Positions 1 to 7,709 of a stretch of DNA of 19,531 bases are shown here, in pieces. The notes under the pieces were generated by a model. It did no database searches, was not told the DNA's origin, and worked only from the letters and a program-made list of their open reading frames with translations. A program made the position numbers and the translations under genes. The DNA is taken from assembly GCA_030740155.1 (NCBI GenBank), contig JASLXV010000026.1:1-19531 (forward strand). Direction: 5' to 3'. The DNA is from Dehalococcoidia bacterium. Its GTDB lineage: Bacteria; Chloroflexota; Dehalococcoidia; Lucifugimonadales; UBA3495. Numbering within the stretch: position 1 is the stretch's first letter; every line of letters starts with the position of its first letter.

Positions 1-146
1 AGCGCAGAAAGGAGGTGAAGGCTCAAACGATCGATAGGCGAAGACTTCATAACCGGACCCTCAGGCAGCTCACCCAAGCTCTTCCACACCTCTGATCTCT
101 CGGGTCCCAAACTGTCCCATTTGTGCTGGTTGCCAACATGCAGGAC

Positions 147-217
147 GTCATTCCGAGAAGCGGAGCGACGAGAAATCTCAGCGTAACAACGAGATTCCTC
201 GCTTCGCTCGGAATGAC
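147..217. repeat. REP-like palindromic element (GTCATTCCGAG...CTCGGAATGAC)
   Basis: An 11-bp perfect outer inverted repeat (147-157 / 207-217) encloses imperfect inner arms (GCGACGAGAAATCTC / GAGATTCCTCGC). Intergenic. Confidence 0.85.
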
Positions 218-255
218 ATTTGTCGGGAATTGAATTGACTGGGTACGTGCGTGCT

Positions 256-404
256 GTCTTGTACATAGCTTCACATCGGCGAAATTGAGCGACATTCCCT
301 CCCGCGACCGGCCCCGATTGCAACGGGGCCGGAATCCACAAATACCTGGCTGGACCCCGGCCTTCGCCCGGGTGATGGACCGGCCATCGAGCCATCTACG
401 AGAC
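256..404 (+). mobile_element. MITE-like repeat, copy A (149 bp)
   Basis: Aligns by eye end-to-end with the reverse complement of 15022-15171. Imperfect 15-bp terminal inverted repeats GTCTTGTACATAGCT (256-270) / AGCCATCTACGAGAC (390-404), 12/15 match. Internal hairpins GGCCCCG..CGGGGCC and CCGGCCTTCGCCCGG. Confidence 0.7.
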
Positions 405-454
405 TTTGATTCAGGGTCCGTTCCGGCCCGAAGGCCGACGGCGCCGGGCCAGGC

Positions 455-1588
455 TTACAGGCCCGCCAGCCGGGACAGCCGGTCCTGGTGGTAGTTGGTG
501 TCCCCGAAGGTCGTTTCCCACATCTTGCACCGGCGGCTGTATAGCTGCAGGTCGTACTCCGTGGTGAGGCCGATGGCCCCGTGGCACTGGTGTCCCAGGG
601 AGTAGAGACGCCGGATCGCGTCGCCGGTCCACCCCTTGGCCATGGACACTTGTTGGTCCGCCGGCATCCCATCCGCCAGGTACCAGGCGGCCTGGTAGGT
701 GATGGCCTTGCTCGTCTCCGCGTCCACCGCCATGTTCGCGCAGTGGTGCTGAATGGCCTGGAAGGAGCCGATGGGCCGGCCGAAGGCAACTCGCTGTTTG
801 ACGTAGTCGGTGGTCATATCCAGCACCACGTCGGCCGCCCCCACCAGCATGGCGCACGACCCGATGGCGCCCCACTGGCTGATCTTGTTGAAGATGACTC
901 CCCCTGCGTCCACTTCACCCAGGACGGCGTCCCGGCTCACCTCCACGTTTTCGAACGCAACCTCGCTCTCCGGGTCGTGGGCGATGGTACCGAGGGGCGT
1001 CAGGGTGAGACCCGGCGCCGTGGTTGGCACGATGAAGAAGGTAATGCCCTCGTCGGGATCTGCGGTCTTCTTGGTGCGCGTAGGCAGTAACAGGTAGTCG
1101 ACGCTGTTGGCGTAGGGCACCAACAGCTTGATGCCGTTGAGAACAAAGCCGCCGTTCCGGGCCGTGGCCTCGAGTTGCACCCCCGACGTATCGTAGCGGA
1201 CATTGGGCTCCAACATGGCCAGGCTCATGGTTCGCCGGCCGTCCCCGAGGGGTGCGAGGAACTCCCGTTTCTGGGCTTCGGAGCCGAACTCCGCCAGGGG
1301 CAGCCCGCAAAGGACCGTGGAGCTGAAATAGGGGCCGGGCAGACAGACCCGGGCCATCTCCTCCAGCAGCAGACACAGGGTCAAGAAGTCCTGGCCGTCG
1401 CCGCCGTACTCCTGGGGAAAGGGCAGCCGCAGCCATCCGACCCGGGCTATCTTTTCCCAAAGGTCGGGCGTGAATCCTTTCTCATCCTGCTCCATGGCCC
1501 GGACGAAGCTCCTGGGGCACTCTCCCTCCAGGAACTCCCTGGCGCTGGCCTTGAGCATTAACTGGGTCTCGGTAAAGCCGAATTCCAT
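455..1588 (-). CDS. Acyl-CoA dehydrogenase family protein (FadE27/FadE28-like partner subunit)
   Basis: 377 aa. ACAD motifs MEFGFTETQLML, PQEYGGDG, RVAFGRPIGSFQAIQH and HQCHGAIGLT. Lacks the SEPxxGSD and GTSE motifs found in its upstream partner. SD GGAGG upstream. Confidence 0.92.
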   Translation of the reverse strand: MEFGFTETQLMLKASAREFLEGECPRSFVRAMEQDEKGFTPDLWEKIARVGWLRLPFPQEYGGDGQDFLTLCLLLEEMARVCLPGPYFSSTVLCGLPLAEFGSEAQKREFLAPLGDGRRTMSLAMLEPNVRYDTSGVQLEATARNGGFVLNGIKLLVPYANSVDYLLLPTRTKKTADPDEGITFFIVPTTAPGLTLTPLGTIAHDPESEVAFENVEVSRDAVLGEVDAGGVIFNKISQWGAIGSCAMLVGAADVVLDMTTDYVKQRVAFGRPIGSFQAIQHHCANMAVDAETSKAITYQAAWYLADGMPADQQVSMAKGWTGDAIRRLYSLGHQCHGAIGLTTEYDLQLYSRRCKMWETTFGDTNYHQDRLSRLAGL

Positions 1589-1652
1589 ACTGTTCCTCCT
1601 ACCGGCGGCTTCAGAGTTTGCCTGGCAAAATGTCGATACCGCGCGGCGGGTT

Positions 1653-2828
1653 TTAGCCCCTGGGCAAGCCCAGGCCGCGGGTGGCGACCACGTTGCGGTT
1701 GATCTCTGAAGTGCCGCTGCCGATGGTGCGGGCGAAGTTCTCCAGGTAGCCGTTCTCGACCTTGCCGTAGAGGGGCGCCCACTTGGAGCCCGGCTCCAGC
1801 AGGCCGTAAGCCCCCATCATTTGCATGCCCACCCGGTGGGCGCGTTGGATGGTGTCCGGGCCGAAGATCTTGACGATGGACGCCTCCCGGGTGCAGGGCT
1901 GGTCGTTGGATTGGAGCCAGGCCACCTTGTAGCTCATCAATCGCAGGCACTCCACCGCGGTCATGATCTCCGCGAGTTGATTGCGGATGCCGGGGCGGTC
2001 TATCACCTTCTGGCCTTCGAATGTGGTCTCCCGGGCAAACTCGACCAGCAGGTCCACGATCCGCAGGGTGTTGGCCAGCCGGTCCAGGCTGGCCCGCTGG
2101 GCGTCCAGCGACGCCATGACCACGTAGAAGCCCCGCTCACTCTCCCCCACGACATTGGTCTGGGGCACCCGCACCTCATCCAGGGTGACCAAGCCCCGGG
2201 CCTTGCCCCACATCATGGGGACTTTTTCCCAGGTGATCCCCGGGGACCGCATGTTTATCAGCATGAAGGAGATGCCCCGGTGCTTGGGCTGGTCCATGTC
2301 GGTGCGCACCAGACCAAACATCCAATCGCCGTCCGCGTGGGCGGCATTCCAGATCTTCGAGCCGGAAATGATGTAATCGTCCCCGTCCTTCACGGCGTGG
2401 GTCTGGATGTTGGCCAGGTCGGAGCCGCCGCCCGGCTCCGAGTATCCCTCCACCCACTTCCACTTGGATTGGGCCAGTCCCGGAAGGAAGTACTGCTTCA
2501 ACTCGTCGCTGCCGTGGGCCAGCAGCATGGCGGAGAGTTGGTTCACGGGCTGCCCTCCCGTGGGGGCGCCCCAGTAGCTCAACTCTTCGGTCAAAATCAT
2601 GTTCTTGAGCGGGTCGTCCTGGCCCCCCCATTCCTTGGGCCAGTGCATCACCAGCCACCCCTTGTCCGCCAGCTTCTTGCGGAAGTCCTGGGCGAATCCG
2701 ACCCATTCCGGCTCCTCGAAGTCGATCAGACGCTCCTTTGAGTCCCAGTCCGGGGGCAGTTCCGCCTTCATCCACTCCCGCACCTCTTGCCGGAACGCTT
2801 GATCCTCGGGGGTTAGGCGTAAGTCCAT
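1653..2828 (-). CDS. Acyl-CoA dehydrogenase family protein (FadE26/FadE29-like catalytic subunit)
   Basis: 391 aa. Motifs WPKEWGG, GYSEPGGGSDLA, GSKIWN and C-terminal TIGSGTSEINRNVVATRGLGLPR. SD GAGGAGG at 2835-2841. Confidence 0.93.
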   Translation of the reverse strand: MDLRLTPEDQAFRQEVREWMKAELPPDWDSKERLIDFEEPEWVGFAQDFRKKLADKGWLVMHWPKEWGGQDDPLKNMILTEELSYWGAPTGGQPVNQLSAMLLAHGSDELKQYFLPGLAQSKWKWVEGYSEPGGGSDLANIQTHAVKDGDDYIISGSKIWNAAHADGDWMFGLVRTDMDQPKHRGISFMLINMRSPGITWEKVPMMWGKARGLVTLDEVRVPQTNVVGESERGFYVVMASLDAQRASLDRLANTLRIVDLLVEFARETTFEGQKVIDRPGIRNQLAEIMTAVECLRLMSYKVAWLQSNDQPCTREASIVKIFGPDTIQRAHRVGMQMMGAYGLLEPGSKWAPLYGKVENGYLENFARTIGSGTSEINRNVVATRGLGLPRG

Positions 2829-3240
2829 ATTCGGCCTCCTCGCGGCGCCCCCGCCTTTCGGGGACGCCTTCCTTCCTTACTCGCTATCTCATGACCGCGG
2901 GTCCACTGACCTGAGTAACACTTAGCGGACCTTCATCGGCGAACCCGGCGACGAGCAATCTCCCTGAGTCCGCCTTTGGGTTGGGAGGCAAAAGGGGGTA
3001 CCGGTCACCGTCGAAGCCTTGGTTCTAGACTAGCTGCCGATGCAACAATCGCTAGTTGGGAACACGATATTCAAATGTCTTGCCTTCGCCGGCGCCGCAG
3101 TGGCGGCGGCGAGCCGGATGGGCCCCTGGTCTAACCCTTGGTCGAGACCAGCAACTCGGTAGCTGTCACGTTCCAATGTAACCGGCCGGGGCCGGCAGCC
3201 CACGGTCCCACCCGCGAGGCGGGCCGCTGCTTTCGACCCT
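2829..3240 (-). ncRNA. Candidate structured 5' leader or ncRNA upstream of the ACAD pair (no family recognised)
   Basis: Starts just downstream of a TTGACA/TATGCT promoter and has no credible ORF. Contains about eight local stems plus two possible closing helices. Folded by eye only. Confidence 0.35.
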
Positions 3241-3245
3241 GGGCC

Positions 3246-3275
3246 AGCATAGCTCCGAGGGGCTGGGGCTGTCAA
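3246..3275 (-). promoter_or_regulatory. Putative sigma70-type promoter TTGACA-N18-TATGCT
   Basis: The + strand has AGCATA at 3246-3251 and TGTCAA at 3270-3275. The 18-bp spacer matches that of the promoter at 9918-9947. Confidence 0.6.
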
Positions 3276-3693
3276 CGCGGCCCCGGGCGGTGGGGTATCT
3301 CTCGGCTGAGCCGCTAAGCATCCGTAGGATGGCTGGTTCCAGCCGGTGCACCACTTGCTGTATTACCGGGCTGCAGGGACCGGCGCGGGGACGACGAGCC
3401 CCAGGGGCGACGACGGCCTAAACTTCGTCCCTCGGGATTATTACCCATGGGAACAATGGGAAGGCCCGAGGGGCACGCGCAGTCGATTTTAGCTGGCGCA
3501 ATGGCAAAGTACACGTTGGACGCGGGCGTTTAGATGGGGCGGTCTAACAAGCTGCGATGGTGTCTGCGATAGAAGGGATTCCGAGTTGGTCTAGGCATCT
3601 GCAATCGTTCCAGGACCTCAGTGGCTCGTCAGGCTGTCCCCACCCAGTTCCTACCAACGCATCTTTCTACACAGCAGGGATTTCCAGCCACGA

Positions 3694-4012
3694 GAGGATA
3701 TCCGCACTAGCGAAAGCTTTCCGGGTGATTCAGCCCGGCTCGAGGTTGGCCTGCATTCCAACATCACCGTGCCATTGTCCAGCAAGGGCCGCACGGTGGG
3801 CGCCATGACGCTGCAGGGCCGGCGGGTAAGCGCCTACGGGCCGAAGGAGCAATCCGTTCTGGAGCGGCCGGCGGACCAGATCGCCCCGCGCGGCGGAGAA
3901 TGCCAGGCTCTACCAGGAGCTACGGGCCAGCACCGAAGAGAAGGCCGTAATCGATGAGGTGGGGCGCATAATCACCTCTACCCTGGACATCGCCCAGGTG
4001 TACGAGAGGTTC
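3694..4012 (+). pseudogene. GAF-domain sensor protein remnant (frameshifted, truncated at both ends)
   Basis: Reads EDIRTSESFPGDSARLEVGLHSNITVPLSSKGRTVGAMTLQGRRVSAYGPKEQSVLERPADQIAP, then one extra base near 3889, then AAENARLYQELRASTEEKAVIDEVGRIITSTLDIAQVYERF. This matches a GAF C-terminus, the ENARLY linker and the start of a second GAF domain. Confidence 0.8.
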
Positions 4013-4055
4013 CCTCCCCGTGATGGCGGACCGGGCATCAAGCCATTGAAGAGAT
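4010..4055 (+). mobile_element. MITE-like repeat, copy B (left end and centre deleted)
   Basis: TTCCCTCCCCG joined to TGATGGCGGACCGGGCATCAAGCCATTGAAGAGAT, matching an internal segment and the right end of copies A and C. Confidence 0.55.
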
Positions 4056-4133
4056 GCTGACTAGATCGGCTTCGTGAGGCACTGAAAAACCTCCCGCCTC
4101 ATCACCCTGGGCGCCGGGTTAGCCTGCGGCAGC

Positions 4134-4955
4134 TCACTTGGGCAATTGGGTCAGGTGCATGCGGGCGCCCATGGTGGTGGCCGTGTCGAAGTACAGCAAG
4201 GTCTGCCCGATGGGGTTGGTTAGCGGGGAGTCGGAGACGAACTTCAAACCCCGGTTTTGGCACTCGGCAATGCCCGCGGCGATGTCGGAGACCACGTAGC
4301 CCACGTGGTCCATGGCGAAGCCTTCGGGCGACAGGCGGCTCTTATCTTCGGTCTCCATCAACTCCACCTGAACCTGCCCGAAGTTGACGAAGGCGTTGCG
4401 CCGGCCCATCGGTTCGTTCCGGCCTCCGATGTGCACGCCGTCGAAGTTTTCGACGTACCAGGCGATGGCGCCCTCCAGGTCGGCCAACAGGTATCCCGCG
4501 TGCACGATCCGGTCTATCGCAAGTCCCTCGCCCACGCCGATGTTGTTGGGCTGCTCCGGCTGTTGGGTCAGGTGCAGCATCAACCCGTTGGTGGTTGTGG
4601 AGTCGAAGTAGAGCACCTGCTGCTTCATGATGTTGGTGAAGGGGGCCTCGGAGACGAACTTGAAACCCTTGGCGGCCAACTGGGACCTTGCCTCGGCGAT
4701 GTTTGAAACCACGTAGCCAACGTGATGCATCACCAGGGTGCCGGAGGGGATGCCGGCGCGGTCCTGAGGCTCGATAAGTTCCACCTCCACCTGGCCGAAA
4801 TGGACGAAGGCGTTGCGGCCGCCACTGGGGAACAGCCCAGAGGCGCCGATTGGGCCGCCGGCGGCCTTCTTCCCCCCGAAACCCTTCTCGAACCAGGCGA
4901 TGGCGGCGTCCAGGTCGCCCACCACGTAGCCGATGTGCTGAATCTTGTCGAACAT
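4134..4955 (-). CDS. Tandem two-module VOC (glyoxalase/methylmalonyl-CoA epimerase-like) protein
   Basis: Start reassigned to the ATG at 4955 (MFDKIQHIGY, SD GAAGGAG at 4961-4967), 273 aa. Two similar halves: HIGY/HAGY, RNAFVxFGQVxVEL, HVGYVVS, HLTQ. Confidence 0.88.
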   Translation of the reverse strand: MFDKIQHIGYVVGDLDAAIAWFEKGFGGKKAAGGPIGASGLFPSGGRNAFVHFGQVEVELIEPQDRAGIPSGTLVMHHVGYVVSNIAEARSQLAAKGFKFVSEAPFTNIMKQQVLYFDSTTTNGLMLHLTQQPEQPNNIGVGEGLAIDRIVHAGYLLADLEGAIAWYVENFDGVHIGGRNEPMGRRNAFVNFGQVQVELMETEDKSRLSPEGFAMDHVGYVVSDIAAGIAECQNRGLKFVSDSPLTNPIGQTLLYFDTATTMGARMHLTQLPK

Positions 4956-5092
4956 GGTCGCTCCTTCAATCTCTCTGACTATTCTCGAATCCGCGTGAAC
5001 CACGGGTTTGGAGTGATGATATTGGTTGGCCACCGGGGCACGGAGAACACCGGGGACTCTTGGCTCACCCTCCGGCTCTTCAACCGCCGTAT

Positions 5093-6100
5093 CTAGCTGA
5101 TCTGGATTCGGGCTTGGGGGAGCACGGCCGGGTTGACCAGAAACTCGGGCATCTTGCCCTGGAGCACGTCCGCGGTGGATTGGGCGGTGCGCACCTCCAA
5201 CTCGAATACCGACTGCCGGGACAGGAAGGCCACGTGGGGTGTCACCAACACGTTGTCCAACTGGAACAAGGGATGGCCGGCGGGTGGCGCCGCCTGCTCC
5301 ATCACGTCAAGCCCGGCGCCGGCTATTTTGCGGTCACGCAGGGCAGCGTACAGGGCCGCCTCGTCGAGGATGGGCCCGCGAGCGCAGTTGATGATGAACG
5401 CGCTGGGCTTCATCTGGGCCAGTTCCGGCGCTCCCACCAGCCCTCGGGTCTCGTCGTTGAGGGGGGTGTGCACGGTGATGTAGTCCGACTGGGCCAGCAG
5501 TCCGGGCAAGTCCACTCGCTTGACCCCGGCGGGCATCGGAGCCGCCGGGGGCAGGTAGGGATCGTGGACCAGGATCTCCATGCCAAAGGCCCCGGCCTTT
5601 TCCGCCACCGCCCGGCCGATGCGGCCCAGGCCTATAACCCCCAGGGTACTCCCGCGGAGGCGGATCAGAGGAACAGGCGAAGTGACACCTTTCCAGCGCC
5701 CCTCTTTCGCGACCCGGTCGTAGAACCCGACCTGGCGGTTCCAGGTCAGCAGCAGGGCCATGACGTGGTCCGAGACTTCGTCGACACAATAGTCCGGGAT
5801 GTAGGTGACCGCGATACCTTCCTGGGTAGCGGTGTCCACGGCGATGTTGTCTACTCCAACGCCGTAGCGGCTGATCACGACGCACTTCCTGGCGGCCCGC
5901 ACCACCTCGTCGGTCACCTGGGCGAAGCAGACCATGATGGCGTCGACGTCGGCGGCCAGTGACGCCAGCGTGGCGGCCGAGGGGTCCGGCGCTTCGATTA
6001 TCTCGGCCCCGATGGACGCCAGCACCTCTCGTTCCGGGCCGGTTGAGGGCCAGACGTAGTCGGTGACCAGAACGCGGTAGCTGGGTTTCCTAGTGGCCAT
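5093..6100 (-). CDS. D-isomer-specific 2-hydroxyacid dehydrogenase (CtBP/SerA-like)
   Basis: Start reassigned to the ATG at 6100 (MATRKPSYRVLVTD), 335 aa. Motifs RYGVGVDN, GLGRIG, HTPL, INCARG, AGLDV and TPHVA. Confidence 0.92.
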   Translation of the reverse strand: MATRKPSYRVLVTDYVWPSTGPEREVLASIGAEIIEAPDPSAATLASLAADVDAIMVCFAQVTDEVVRAARKCVVISRYGVGVDNIAVDTATQEGIAVTYIPDYCVDEVSDHVMALLLTWNRQVGFYDRVAKEGRWKGVTSPVPLIRLRGSTLGVIGLGRIGRAVAEKAGAFGMEILVHDPYLPPAAPMPAGVKRVDLPGLLAQSDYITVHTPLNDETRGLVGAPELAQMKPSAFIINCARGPILDEAALYAALRDRKIAGAGLDVMEQAAPPAGHPLFQLDNVLVTPHVAFLSRQSVFELEVRTAQSTADVLQGKMPEFLVNPAVLPQARIQIS

Positions 6101-6211
6101 TTGCCTGCTCCGTTGTGCCCGCCCGCTTCTTGGCTGGCGGCCGGCCCCCTTGGCTGGAACGCATGCCCCGCTGACAGTAGGGCCGGTCATTCCGCGTTGA
6201 CGGCGTCGCCT

Positions 6212-6240
6212 AATATACCTTGCGGCCCTCCCGCTGGCAA
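6212..6240 (-). promoter_or_regulatory. Putative sigma70 promoter TTGCCA-N17-TATATT for the dehydrogenase/VOC genes
   Basis: The + strand has AATATA at 6212-6217 and TGGCAA at 6235-6240. Confidence 0.5.
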
Positions 6241-6326
6241 GCGGCGAGGAATACCGCGCGACCTGGTCCGGGGCCATTTGCACGGACAATCCAGTTCATG
6301 CGGTAGGGTCTTCATTGGGGAATTGG

Positions 6327-6359
6327 CCCCTCACCCTGCCCTCTCCAATGGGGAGACGG
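6327..6359. repeat. Short palindromic repeat remnant (CCCCTCACCCTGCCCTCTCC...GGAGACGG type)
   Basis: Resembles the widespread CCCTCACCCnnCCCTCTCCC-GGGAGAGG intergenic hairpin repeat. Single degenerate copy in this window. Confidence 0.5.
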
Positions 6360-6435
6360 TAAAGGCCTTCCTGACCGTCAGATTCCAGCCGCCGTGGCGC
6401 CGGTGGCAACCGGGACTGGGCTTGGCCCGGCCGGG

Positions 6436-7074
6436 CTAGCGCCGGTAAACGGCTGCCTGCCAGAGGCGGGACTTGCGATAGAAGCGCCGGTGAAAGCCGC
6501 TGCTTCGCAGCAGGCCATCGACGGCGGAGGACCGGTGGACGAAGAAGCGGAACGGCTGCCGCCGCAACCATAGGTAGGTGTTGAAGAGGCGGGCCAGGCC
6601 TCGTAGCGCCCAGTTATCCACCGGGAATATCACCCCGAAGATACGGGTCGCCCGCTGGGAGGACAGGTCCAGCAGGCGTTCCAGGTCGGGATAGCAGCAA
6701 ATGACCCGGTCCAGGGTGACGATGTCCGCCGGCTGGATGTCTCCGGCGATCTCGACGAAGTTGCCGTACGCGTGATTCATCCGCCAGGCGTGACCCTGCG
6801 CTTGGGCTTCCTGTTCCGCCGCCATGATGTATGCCGTCGATGCCTCCACGCCGATGGAGTTGGCGGCCCCGGCCTTCAGCAGCTCGTGCTGTATCGCTCC
6901 GATACCGCCGCCGATGTCCAACACGGTTTGTCCCTCGACCCCCTCCTCCTTGATCGCGTCGATCAGTACCTGGGTCAACTTTCGGGGGCCTAGCGTGCGG
7001 TATCTTTCGAGTTCCCGGCGAGCCCTCCGGGGGTCGAAGAACTGTTCGATGCCCTGACATTGGCGGCAGACCAT
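6436..7074 (-). CDS. Class I SAM-dependent methyltransferase (BchM-like fold family)
   Basis: 212 aa. Motif I VLDIGGGIG, acidic GVEAS, DIVTLDRVICCYPD, and an N-terminal CxxC. Confidence 0.88.
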   Translation of the reverse strand: MVCRQCQGIEQFFDPRRARRELERYRTLGPRKLTQVLIDAIKEEGVEGQTVLDIGGGIGAIQHELLKAGAANSIGVEASTAYIMAAEQEAQAQGHAWRMNHAYGNFVEIAGDIQPADIVTLDRVICCYPDLERLLDLSSQRATRIFGVIFPVDNWALRGLARLFNTYLWLRRQPFRFFVHRSSAVDGLLRSSGFHRRFYRKSRLWQAAVYRR

Positions 7075-7185
7075 GGGGGGACTCCATTATCGGTGGGTGT
7101 GGGTACGCTGCTCAGTCAACCCTGTGTCCGGGTATGACGGTGAAGCGCCGCTCCGCCACGGCCAAGCCGGAGGCGGGTTGTGAGC

Positions 7186-7584
7186 CTAGGGCCGAGGCGG
7201 GGCGGGCGCGTAGCCGGAGCCGGTGCAGAACTCCACCCGGTTGCCGTCGGGATCGTTGATGTAGAGGAAGGCCTGTCCATCGTAGCGGACGCCCTCCCGA
7301 AGGATCTCGAAGCCGTTCTCTTCCAAGACCTTCCTGGTGCCTTCAAAATCCTCAACCTCGAAGGCGTGGTGCAGGCGCTCGGGCTTGGCCGGGGCCTCAT
7401 CGGTCTCAATGAGGTGGACCATGATCCCGCTTTCCAGTTGGAGCCAGGTGATCTCGGGATTGTCCACCTGGCTCTGGATCTGCTTGATCCCGATCAGGTC
7501 GTTGTAAAACTTCAGGGCCCGCGCCGTATCCTTGACCGCCGTGGTCACGTGATTGATTCTGGTGGTGCGTATCTTCCCGGCCAT
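7186..7584 (-). CDS. VOC/glyoxalase family protein
   Basis: 132 aa. Motifs INHVTTAV, ALKFYNDLIG, HHAFEV and NDPDGNRVEF. SD AAGGGGAG. Confidence 0.9.
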   Translation of the reverse strand: MAGKIRTTRINHVTTAVKDTARALKFYNDLIGIKQIQSQVDNPEITWLQLESGIMVHLIETDEAPAKPERLHHAFEVEDFEGTRKVLEENGFEILREGVRYDGQAFLYINDPDGNRVEFCTGSGYAPAPPRP

Positions 7585-7709
7585 ACTTCTCCCCTTCGCG
7601 GAATGACGCCGAAATTTCTTGGGCGCCGTAATTATGCCACACTTGGGAACCGGCCAGCACTCCCCGGATTCCGGGATGGGCCGGCGCCGTGGACCCGATT
7701 ACCGGGAAT

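Noticed and set aside
1..120. Strong SD-like AAAGGAGGTGA, an open frame from 3 to 95, and a GTCCCA-AACT-GTCCCA direct repeat reminiscent of integrase arm sites
   Set aside because: No start codon at a proper distance, the peptide is unrecognisable and cut by the window edge, and a 6-bp repeat is too short without an integrase in view.
1821..2741. 306-aa plus-strand ORF
   Set aside because: Antisense shadow of the ACAD gene, expected with GC-rich codon usage; no motifs.
2829..3500. Possible tmRNA, RNase P, SRP, group I/II intron or known riboswitch
   Set aside because: Hallmark motifs (tRNA-like ends, GAGGAAAGUCC, the SRP AGG..GGAAG..AGCAG loop, domain V) were not found on either strand. Fragments such as GACAGCTA or CCGATGAA lack their required context.
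3030..3808. Short ORFs of 62-83 aa in the large intergenic region (3030-3275, 3166-3354, 3314-3514, 3557-3808)
   Set aside because: No SD, atypical composition and no domain similarity; one starts inside the TTGACA box.
5060..5962. 300-aa plus-strand ORF
   Set aside because: Antisense shadow of the 2-hydroxyacid dehydrogenase.
6436..7074. Calling the methyltransferase bchM (photosynthesis)
   Set aside because: Only family-level resemblance and no bacteriochlorophyll genes nearby.
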